Shown: in pieces, positions 8,899 to 15,406 of the stretch | Numbering within the stretch: the first letter of the stretch is position 1 | Layout: each line of letters opens with the position of its first letter | Source: an uncultured archaeon | Lineage (GTDB): Archaea > Asgardarchaeota > Lokiarchaeia > Sigyniarchaeales > SOKP01 | NCBI GenBank assembly: GCA_964388035.1 | Contig: CAYLZE010000112.1 | Coordinates: 1 to 16,333, forward strand | Length of the DNA: 16,333 nt | Direction: 5' to 3' | Notes under the pieces: model-generated | What the model saw: the letters and a program-made list of their open reading frames with translations, nothing else | Database searches by the model: none | What the model was told of the DNA's origin: nothing | Position numbers and translations under genes: made by a program

Positions 8899-9153
8899 TC
8901 ACTTTATTGTTTTAAGAGTCTTAATTTTCTTCCCGGTTAACGATTTTTTCTTAGAAGGTTCGACATAGCTCACGTGTAATAAACTATCGAAATAAAAAGT
9001 CGAGGTTTGCTTACATTTCTTATCGTTGTGATAAATATAAACAGGAGCCGGATATAAACTCGGATCGATATCCTTCATTTCAATATTAAAGGAAATCTTT
9101 TCATTACAAAAAGGACAAGTATTAAATCTGATTGGCAAGGTACTTCTCTTCAA
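8899..9153 (-). CDS. Hypothetical small protein with a CPFC motif (possible zinc-binding)
   Basis: 84-aa isolated ORF with its own AT-rich upstream region. It has a CPFCNEK motif, later Cys/His residues and a basic C-terminal tail. No family was recognised. Confidence 0.4.
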   Translation of the reverse strand: MKRSTLPIRFNTCPFCNEKISFNIEMKDIDPSLYPAPVYIYHNDKKCKQTSTFYFDSLLHVSYVEPSKKKSLTGKKIKTLKTIK

Positions 9154-9366
9154 TGAAAATGTTTAATCTATTGATATAAAAAACTTTCAATTAGATATAT
9201 TTTTCTTTTTTCAAGGAACACCCCTCATAATTTTCTATTTCTCTTCAAGATTATATAGAAAAAGTAAGATGATTAAAACACTTTTTACTGTAAAAAAGAT
9301 ACATTAAATTATTAGGTACATTTTTCTTTTTTATTATAGGTTTAAAATTTCATAAAAACTATTAAA

Positions 9367-11535
9367 ATGGTCAGCACTCATCATAAAAAGACTGCTATTC
9401 TCATCATTATTTTTATAATTTTGACAAACCTTTTGATATTTCGCTTTTTCAACGTAAATAAAAATCCAGTAATAATATCAAATCCCAATCAGAAGATTGC
9501 GACTTCGAATGGTAACGACGACCTATCCATCAATATCGATGCTAACATCTTACCTAAAATAAATTATAGTCAGATAAATGATTCATGGAAAACTAATAAG
9601 ATTGACATGTTAATTGTCAGTCCCAATCGACAAGATTTCGTAAATGCACTCAAGCCTTTAATGGAATGGAATAATCAAAAAGGAGTCAAGACCGTTATCT
9701 TGAGTAATTTTTCCTCTTATGAGGGAAACGATAAAGCGGAAAAAATCAGGAACATGATCAAGTCCTATTATGAAAAGCATGATATACAATGGGTACTGCT
9801 TGCAGGAGATGCTGAAAATAATCTAATTCCCATCAGGTATGTATATAATCCTGATACAGTAATAGTGGGACAAGGAGAAAGCGAATATGGAGATTGGAGC
9901 GATTATTATAAACCCACGGATTTTTATTATGCTGATTTAAATGGTACCTGGGATGATAATCACAATGGCATATATGGAGAGTCTTCCGTCTATACAGGAG
10001 GATCTGATGAGATTGATTGGACTCCGGAAGTATACGTTGGTCGATTTCCCGCCAGTAACGCGAATGAATTGGAAATAATGGTGAATAAAACCCTGCAATA
10101 TGAGATGAATCCCTACGTGGGAGATTGGATGAATCAAATGCTATTAGCAGGGGGCGTGTCCTCTTTAAATCCCTTAGAAGATGAAGCCAAATTAACCAAT
10201 TACATTTGGAATGAATATCTACTCTCTGAAATGAATTTTACTAACCTTTATCGAACCGCTTCTCCCTATGATCCCCCCACTCCTCCCGCTCCTAATGAGC
10301 AGGGTGGCTTAACGAGTAATAGTTTTGAGAGTCAATTAAACTTAGGTTATTCTACCGTATTCATTGCGGGACACGGACAGCCCACGAAATTCAATGATTA
10401 TTACGGAACTATTTTTCTTAGCTCCGATTCCGTCTCTAATTATAACATGCCTTCCTTAATTTATTCTGATGCCTGCTCAACAGCATCTTATGACAAAACG
10501 GATAATAATTTAGGAGAAACACTAATTAACAGCACGGACTCTGGAGCCATAGGATTTATAGGCGCTTTACGCTTAACTTGGTATTTTGAAAATGATCCCT
10601 CCTTTGAAATGTTAAATCGTGCGAATGCTAAGTTGTTTTGGGAAGAATTTTTTCTTAACGAGGAATATCAACCTGGAAAAGCGTTATATGATTCAAAAGT
10701 CGCTTACATGAATAGCAGTTACTTCACGGGAGGAAGTGCTTCCATGGACGAAGAATGGGAACGAAAAAATGTGTTAACTTATTGTTTATTGGGAGACCCC
10801 GAAATTGATATTTATACAAACATCCCCGTTAGCGTAAAAAATGCCTTTAAAGGAACTTTTTATGAATGCGAGCATGTATCGTTAACGATTAAAAATGCTT
10901 ATGATGAGGCAGTAGCCAATGCTAGAGTGCATATCTATACATCTAATGGCAAATACTCTCAAACAATCTATTCTGATTCTAATGGTAATATAGAATTCAA
11001 CTTGCCTGAAGGAAGGAGATTATACAATGTAACCATTACGGGACATGACCTCCTCGCCTCAAACTTTAATTTTCGCACCACTTCCGATAGCATTGCTCCT
11101 ACCTGTGAAAATTTAACAATCACCCCGAAAAATCCGACAGTCTCCGAAAATTTAACACTAGGCGTTCTTGCTAAGGATCCCCAAACAGGCATAGAAAGTC
11201 TTCATTTATTATTATCAAATGATAATTTCGCGACATATTCAATGCAAGAACTTCAATACACTCCACTTACTTCGAAAAACTATTATACATGTAATATAAG
11301 TAAATTAAAACCGGGCGAATATTCTGTTTTAATCCTCGCAAGGGATTATGCGAATAACACTGAATTATTTTATAATCAAAGCATCATGATACAGATTCCG
11401 ACACCTATCATTGATTATGTCCTTAATTTTGCGTTGTTTTCCTTGTTTGGAATAATGGGGGTAGTATTTTACTTCACATATTTTCAAATTAAAAGTTTTA
11501 AGAAGAAGGAAGAAATCTTTAAAGTTTTAACTTAA
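9367..11535 (+). CDS. Peptidase family C25 (gingipain-like, clan CD) surface protease, membrane-anchored
   Basis: 722 aa with an N-terminal TM anchor. C25-type blocks are present: VLLAGDAENNLIPIRY, YYADLNGTWDDNHNGIYGE, VYVGRFPASNANELEIMVNKTLQYE. A catalytic His/Cys dyad context is seen in VFIAGHGQP and LIYSDACSTASYD. A CarboxypepD_reg-like segment (ARVHIYTSNGKYSQTIYSDSNGNIEFNLPEG) follows, with many N-x-S/T sequons and a C-terminal TM helix. Confidence 0.75.
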   Translation: MVSTHHKKTAILIIIFIILTNLLIFRFFNVNKNPVIISNPNQKIATSNGNDDLSINIDANILPKINYSQINDSWKTNKIDMLIVSPNRQDFVNALKPLMEWNNQKGVKTVILSNFSSYEGNDKAEKIRNMIKSYYEKHDIQWVLLAGDAENNLIPIRYVYNPDTVIVGQGESEYGDWSDYYKPTDFYYADLNGTWDDNHNGIYGESSVYTGGSDEIDWTPEVYVGRFPASNANELEIMVNKTLQYEMNPYVGDWMNQMLLAGGVSSLNPLEDEAKLTNYIWNEYLLSEMNFTNLYRTASPYDPPTPPAPNEQGGLTSNSFESQLNLGYSTVFIAGHGQPTKFNDYYGTIFLSSDSVSNYNMPSLIYSDACSTASYDKTDNNLGETLINSTDSGAIGFIGALRLTWYFENDPSFEMLNRANAKLFWEEFFLNEEYQPGKALYDSKVAYMNSSYFTGGSASMDEEWERKNVLTYCLLGDPEIDIYTNIPVSVKNAFKGTFYECEHVSLTIKNAYDEAVANARVHIYTSNGKYSQTIYSDSNGNIEFNLPEGRRLYNVTITGHDLLASNFNFRTTSDSIAPTCENLTITPKNPTVSENLTLGVLAKDPQTGIESLHLLLSNDNFATYSMQELQYTPLTSKNYYTCNISKLKPGEYSVLILARDYANNTELFYNQSIMIQIPTPIIDYVLNFALFSLFGIMGVVFYFTYFQIKSFKKKEEIFKVLT

Positions 11536-11610
11536 TTTAACCTTTTTCTTTCTACTTGCCCTCAAAACCCTTTAATACAAGAATTTCATAAAATTTAATT
11601 AGAATATTTC

Positions 11611-11622
11611 CTTTTTTATTAT
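11611..11622 (+). promoter_or_regulatory. TATA-like element (CTTTTTTATTAT), candidate promoter for the permuted 5S transcript
   Basis: This is an AT-rich box upstream of the 5S island. Archaeal TSSs lie about 25 nt downstream of TATA, giving a start near 11640-11650, upstream of the BHB leader strand. A second candidate (ATAAAATTTA, about 11588-11597) would also include the outer helix strand 11631-11639. Confidence 0.25.
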
Positions 11623-11653
11623 CACTAAATACCACACATGTATGCATTTCGCA

Positions 11654-11665
11654 CCCATCTGGAAG
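11654..11665 (+). other. 5' (leader) strand of a bulge-helix-bulge-like processing motif: CCCAU (outer helix), CUGG (central helix), AAG (3-nt bulge)
   Basis: 11654-11658 pairs with 11787-11791, and 11659-11662 pairs with 11780-11783. 11663-11665 is left unpaired. See findings. Confidence 0.55.
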
Positions 11666-11785
11666 TTAAACTTTCTCACGTTAATTTAAGTAGTGTGATT
11701 GCGATTCATGCGAACAATTAAACTGTAAAGTTATTTACGGTCATGGTGAAAAAGGATAATACCTGGTCCCATTCCGAACCCAGAA
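11665..11785 (+). rRNA. rrf: 5S rRNA, circularly permuted gene order. 11665-11729 encodes the canonical 3' part, 11730-11733 is a GUUA cap, and 11734-11785 encodes the canonical 5' part.
   Basis: Helix I: 11734-11741 UUUACGGU / 11722-11729 ACUGUAAA (8 bp, 1 GU). Helix II: 11746-11754 GUGAAAAAG / 11671-11679 CUUUCUCAC (8 of 9 bp). Helix III: 11763-11766 CUGG / 11780-11783 CCAG, enclosing the 13-nt loop C UCCCAUUCCGAAC. Helix V: 11681-11686 UUAAUU / 11716-11721 AAUUAA. Loop E: AGUA (11689-11692) opposite GAA (11712-11714). Helix IV: 11693-11698 GUGUGA / 11706-11711 UCAUGC. The rotated sequence reads ...CAUUCCGAACCCAGAA-GUUAAAC..GUAGUGUG...CAUGCGAAC..., matching conserved 5S blocks. The rotated length is 121 nt. 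Confidence 0.8.
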
Positions 11786-11791
11786 CGTGGG
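11780..11791 (+). other. 3' (trailer) strand of the bulge-helix-bulge-like motif: CCAG (central helix), AAC (3-nt bulge), GUGGG (outer helix)
   Basis: This is the complement of the leader strand 11654-11662. The 3-nt bulge 11784-11786 lies 3' of the 4-bp central helix, mirroring the bulge at 11663-11665. Confidence 0.55.
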
Positions 11792-11799
11792 GTGTGTGG

Positions 11800-11804
11800 T
11801 TTTT
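11800..11804 (+). terminator. Oligo-T tract (T5) ending the 5S transcription unit
   Basis: GGTTTTTG lies immediately after the trailer helix. A second T-rich tract follows at about 11821-11834. Confidence 0.4.
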
Positions 11805-11929
11805 GAAAAAATTTAAGCTTGCTTTTCTTTTTTTAAATTCTATTGAATCCTTCCAACCTCTAAAATAACTTTTTAAGCAGTCCATAATACATTTCATTAG
11901 GACTATATAATAGGAACTGAAGAATTCAA

Positions 11930-12436
11930 ATGCCAAATAAGATAATTGTCGTCCTCAAGTCAATCGGGAGATATTGGTTTACGCTTTTAATCATAACTAT
12001 TATTATTGTAGCGTTCTATAACCAACAAGCAGCAATCATCATTGCAATTATCACATTAGTGCTTTATATAATCTCTTACATTCCTTTTCTTGTTTTTAGG
12101 AGTCGTCTCTTAAGAAATTTGAAGAAATTTAATCGAGTTGATGATGCCACTATTGCTAAAAAAATGGGCAAAGATCTTAAATCTATTAAAAATAAGTTAT
12201 TTTCCTTATCTCAACATCAAGAGAAAAAGAAATGGTTGGTTATTTTTACCAATAAAACCTACATTTTTTATGCTCCTAAAACCATTAGTGAGTATAAAAA
12301 ACTTTATGAGAAAAAAAAAGAAGAAACTCAAATTTTAGAGGAATTAAAAAAATTCGATATCAATTCCAAGGAAGAAATTAAGAACATTAAAGAAGCGCTA
12401 TTAAAATTTAGAAGAATATCTCCTATCTCGGAATAA
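11930..12436 (+). CDS. Hypothetical membrane protein (two N-terminal TM helices, Lys-rich cytoplasmic tail)
   Basis: 168 aa. Hydrophobic segments are WFTLLIITIIIVAFY and AAIIIAIITLVLYIISYIPFLVF, followed by a charged C-terminal half. No family was recognised. Confidence 0.5.
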   Translation: MPNKIIVVLKSIGRYWFTLLIITIIIVAFYNQQAAIIIAIITLVLYIISYIPFLVFRSRLLRNLKKFNRVDDATIAKKMGKDLKSIKNKLFSLSQHQEKKKWLVIFTNKTYIFYAPKTISEYKKLYEKKKEETQILEELKKFDINSKEEIKNIKEALLKFRRISPISE

Positions 12437-12446
12437 ATGGTTTATT

Positions 12447-12456
12447 AAAAAAAAAA
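12447..12456 (-). terminator. T10 tract (on the minus strand) directly after the VOC gene stop
   Basis: An A10 run on the + strand lies 11 nt beyond the minus-strand stop codon and reads as oligo-T on the coding strand. Confidence 0.4.
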
Positions 12457-12467
12457 GGATAAATTTA

Positions 12468-12938
12468 TCATAGTTTCTTTTTTCTACTCACCGTCTCTTG
12501 AAATTCCAATAATATCCCAAATGAACGTTCCGTGTCAAAATAAGCAAATCTCTGCTTTCCAATTTGGCCATGATGAATCATGGTAAATCCTTTATTCGTG
12601 AAATCTTGGATATAAGGATCCAATTCTTCTACAAAAATACTCACGTGTTGAAGTCCTTCCCTTCCACTATCCAAGAAATCCTTGTAAATGCAAGGACCTT
12701 CTTTCCATTGGATCAACTCGATTTGGAGGTTAAAGCACCGGCTAAATCCTAATTTTATATTGATCTCGGACTTTTTTCCATTATTTTCAATCACATGCTT
12801 CACATCATCCATGAAGGTGAATTTAGGAAGACCATAAATATCTTCCATGATTTTAGCTTTCTCCTCGATATTTTTATAAACAAAGCCTAATTGATCAATT
12901 TTTAGAGACCCTACATCCCAATTCAGTTTTTCCATCAT
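12468..12938 (-). CDS. VOC (glyoxalase/bleomycin-resistance/dioxygenase) superfamily protein, methylmalonyl-CoA-epimerase-like fold
   Basis: 156 aa. It shows the paired beta-alpha-beta-beta-beta module signature IDQLGFVY...LQIELIQ...GLQHVSIFVEELD...GILLEFQE. Gln sits where the first metal-ligand His is usual. Confidence 0.65.
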   Translation of the reverse strand: MMEKLNWDVGSLKIDQLGFVYKNIEEKAKIMEDIYGLPKFTFMDDVKHVIENNGKKSEINIKLGFSRCFNLQIELIQWKEGPCIYKDFLDSGREGLQHVSIFVEELDPYIQDFTNKGFTMIHHGQIGKQRFAYFDTERSFGILLEFQETVSRKKKL

Positions 12939-13135
12939 CTTTCTTCCATTGCTTAATTTCTTTCTTTAAGAATTTTTTTGGTGTTACTTGAAATTGGATT
13001 CATGGAAATAAAAAGGTTACATGCCCTCCCCTCTTTATTTGAAAAAGCGAAATTTTTATTACTCATCTCCTCATACCTTTCTCCAATTTACTTTAAAAAT
13101 GAGTTATTCATTAAAAGTTAAAAAAAAAGATCAAC

Positions 13136-14383
13136 ATGACAATCGAATTAATAACCCATAAAAATTATCGCTACCTAATTTTCGCCATGATTTATTTGGA
13201 TCAAGGGTTCATTGAGGTTTTCATGGCAATATATATGTCCCTCTACTTATCCAGTTTTGGGGTTAGCATTCTTTTTATCGGATTAACATTGACTATTGGA
13301 AATTTTCCATGGATCATTAAAATTTTTTACGGCATCCTTTCTGATAGAAAGAAGATTGGAAAATTAGGTAGGCGGATGCCCTACATGATCATAGGGAGCA
13401 TTGCCGCAGCCATTTTATTTTTCTTATTAATTCCTATTAATCCTCTTTTAGAATGGGTTATCTTTGTTTCGATAATCGCTCTGGCGAATTTTTTCAATGC
13501 AATAGCAGATACCTCTACAGATGGTTTAGTTGTAGATACGACGCCTCCTGATAAAAGTGGTGCAGCACAAAGCGTGTGTTGGGGAAGTAAGTTTGTAGGA
13601 TACTTGATTGCATCCCTTTTAGTCGGATTCATGATAGAGATTTATAGTTGGAGCATTTATTTTCTCTTCATGGGTCTATTTTTACTAATTCCCATTCCTT
13701 TATTGTTTTTAGCTAAAGAACCTCCCTATGAAATTCCCGGAAAATTCCCTTGGAAAGATTTAAAAGAAACGTTTAAAAAGCGCTTGGTTTGGATCGTTTC
13801 TGCTTTATTTGTCTTGACAGAGCTTGGTTTATATAGCGTTTTATCCATGCTCCCCCTCTTTCTTTCCTTGGAACTAGGATTAAATATAAGCATTGTTGGT
13901 ATAGTCATGTCATTGGGAAGCGCTGGATTCTTGATGGGTTGTATCATTTCAGGGCCAATCCAAGATAAATTAACTCGTCGAAAAAGCATAGGACTTTCCA
14001 TAATTTTCCTCTCAATTATATTTATGATTGTTTCCTTAATCCAAGGTCTTTTAATGGCAATAATCGCGGTGATATGTGCTGGATTAGCCTGGGGTTTTCT
14101 ACAGATAGCAGAAATGGTTCTTTCCATGGATTTATGTAAAAAATCAATCAGCGCCACGATGTTTTCAGTCTTCATGAGCATTATAAATGTGGGTATCATA
14201 TTGGGGCCTATAACTGGAGCTATTTTAGTAGAATTGGTCAGTTTTCGAATGACATTTTTCATTGCTGCCCTTATAGTTCTTTCTAATATCATTCTCGTGA
14301 TTTTCATGAAAGGTACAGAGACTTTATTTCGAGAGGAACCTAGCTGCGATGAAGAACCTCAAATGAAATTAAAACCTCCTTAA
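13136..14383 (+). CDS. Major facilitator superfamily transporter (about 12 TM)
   Basis: 415 aa and hydrophobic throughout, with about 12 helices by eye. The MFS loop 2-3 motif is GILSDRKKIGKLGRRMPYMI. The substrate is unknown, though the ADTSTDGLVVD motif is reminiscent of the BT1/folate-biopterin-like subfamily. Confidence 0.85.
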   Translation: MTIELITHKNYRYLIFAMIYLDQGFIEVFMAIYMSLYLSSFGVSILFIGLTLTIGNFPWIIKIFYGILSDRKKIGKLGRRMPYMIIGSIAAAILFFLLIPINPLLEWVIFVSIIALANFFNAIADTSTDGLVVDTTPPDKSGAAQSVCWGSKFVGYLIASLLVGFMIEIYSWSIYFLFMGLFLLIPIPLLFLAKEPPYEIPGKFPWKDLKETFKKRLVWIVSALFVLTELGLYSVLSMLPLFLSLELGLNISIVGIVMSLGSAGFLMGCIISGPIQDKLTRRKSIGLSIIFLSIIFMIVSLIQGLLMAIIAVICAGLAWGFLQIAEMVLSMDLCKKSISATMFSVFMSIINVGIILGPITGAILVELVSFRMTFFIAALIVLSNIILVIFMKGTETLFREEPSCDEEPQMKLKPP

Positions 14384-14390
14384 ACTACTA

Positions 14391-14399
14391 TTTTTTTTT
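14391..14399 (+). terminator. T9 tract downstream of the MFS transporter stop
   Basis: TTTTTTTTT lies 8 nt after the stop codon in a convergent intergenic region. Confidence 0.45.
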
Positions 14400-14556
14400 A
14401 TCCTTTTTCTTTAGTAAGGAAAACCTTTCAACTAGATAAAGAAACATGTATTTTCTTAGTATTATAACAATAATCTGCTTGAGAAATGATAAAAGAAGGA
14501 AAAAATGACTTGTTAGAATCTTTCTAAATTCTAAAAGTAATCAAGATTTAAAAGAT

Positions 14557-14853
14557 CTATGGGCTACCTATATCTAAATCACCAAAATTGTAATATTTTC
14601 TCACGGGTTTCTTTACTTTCCACGTGCATTCTAAGCCTTTAGGAAATTGGACCAAATCACCTTTTTTAAACTGGAGTTTTTCCCCACTCTCCTTGTCAGT
14701 TACCTCAACTTCCCCCGATAAGATATAGCACGTCTCTGTTTCATCATAAGACCAAGGAAATTCACTAACTTCCTTTTCCCAAGTACCCCATGATTCTACC
14801 TCTAATTGTTCCAACTCTTCTTTCGTAGGAATTTTTTTTTTCAAATCATTCAC
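14557..14853 (-). CDS. Cupin domain protein (DUF861 / cupin_3 type)
   Basis: 98 aa. The segment WGTWEKEVSEFPWSYDETETCYILSGEVEVT...GDLVQFPKGLECTWKV matches the cupin_3 pattern (W...F.W.Y...E.CY.LEG...V...G......GD...FP.G....W.V). Confidence 0.65.
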   Translation of the reverse strand: MNDLKKKIPTKEELEQLEVESWGTWEKEVSEFPWSYDETETCYILSGEVEVTDKESGEKLQFKKGDLVQFPKGLECTWKVKKPVRKYYNFGDLDIGSP

Positions 14854-14938
14854 CTTTTGTTAATTTATATTCTTCCTAAATATTATTAGTGGTTTTTATA
14901 CATGTATTAAAAGAAGAAAGAATTTATAATATTAGTTG

Positions 14939-15406
14939 TTATGAGAGTTCTACTTGCAAAAACTTTTTTGATCGCAAAAAAATTAAATTGACTTTTATTT
15001 TTCGTGCTTCCCGCCTTAAATTTTTATCATTACTGGCAAGAAACACTCGAAAGGAGGCATTATTCAATTCTTTTAGTTTTCTAATCAAAAATTCATCCGT
15101 AGTTTCATCAAGATTCTTTCTCTCATTAACGATTTGTAAATCATAGCTTGACTGCATTTTCTCCAAATATCTCAATCCTGCTTCATATTGCAACTGGAAT
15201 TTTTGCTTTTCTTCGTTTCTTGCTTTTTTAGCATTCAATTCATCTAATGACTGCTGATATATCATGAAATTAGTGCTTCCCTCCAAAAGGTAAGTAATTT
15301 CCTCAAAATAATTAATCTTATATTGAAAAGGAAGTAAAATAAAATTTGAGTCAATAACCACTTTGTTGACTTGTTTTCTTTCCATATTCTCTGTCGTTGA
15401 TTTCAA
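14939..15406 (-). CDS. PIN-domain nuclease, Fcf1/Utp24-like (COG1412-type)
   Basis: 155 aa from a TTG start that overlaps the upstream stop as TTGA. An ATG at 15385 would give 148 aa. Acidic PIN residues occur in VVIDSNFILLP, DELNAK, ETTDEFL and FLASNDKNLRREARK, the last resembling the Fcf1 (A/T)TQDxxLKRR block. Confidence 0.6.
   Translation of the reverse strand: MKSTTENMERKQVNKVVIDSNFILLPFQYKINYFEEITYLLEGSTNFMIYQQSLDELNAKKARNEEKQKFQLQYEAGLRYLEKMQSSYDLQIVNERKNLDETTDEFLIRKLKELNNASFRVFLASNDKNLRREARKIKVNLIFLRSKKFLQVELS

Noticed and set aside
11560-11664. A diverged 5' half upstream of 11665 that would make the upstream segment an ordinary 5S, with 11734-11785 as a partial duplicate
   Set aside because: No sequence upstream can pair with CUUUCUCAC (helix II') or ACUGUAAA (helix I'). 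Only a short CCCAUCUGG remnant is present, and it is better explained as the BHB leader strand.
11666-11779. A fully canonical hBHBh' motif with an inner helix
   Set aside because: Nucleotides following the 5' bulge (UUAAAC) do not pair with those preceding the central helix on the 3' strand (CGAAC). The motif is therefore reported as relaxed (hBHB) rather than canonical.
11734-11830. Reading the island as a conventional colinear 5S rRNA starting at 11734
   Set aside because: After CCAGAA the sequence becomes CGUGGGGUGUGUGGUUUUUG, followed by AT-rich spacer. It has no strand able to pair with helix II (GUGAAAAAG) or helix I (UUUACGGU), no loop E motif and no helix IV hairpin. All of these lie upstream at 11665-11729.
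11718-11936. 72-aa minus-strand ORF
   Set aside because: It overlaps the 5S rRNA island and the AT-rich spacer and has no recognisable motif. It is best explained as a chance ORF across an RNA gene.
2469-12752. Other nested antisense or alternate-frame ORFs (2469-2690, 4085-4348, 7622-7807, 9937-10137, 10968-11192, 12138-12338, 12564-12752) and 14889-15146
   Set aside because: Each is embedded in, or overlaps, a well-supported CDS with family motifs. None has a recognisable domain or an independent upstream region.
13381-14307. Minus-strand ORFs 13381-13632 and 13726-14307 (193 aa)
   Set aside because: They lie entirely antisense within the MFS transporter gene. Such long shadow ORFs are common opposite codon-biased membrane protein genes, and no motifs were seen.
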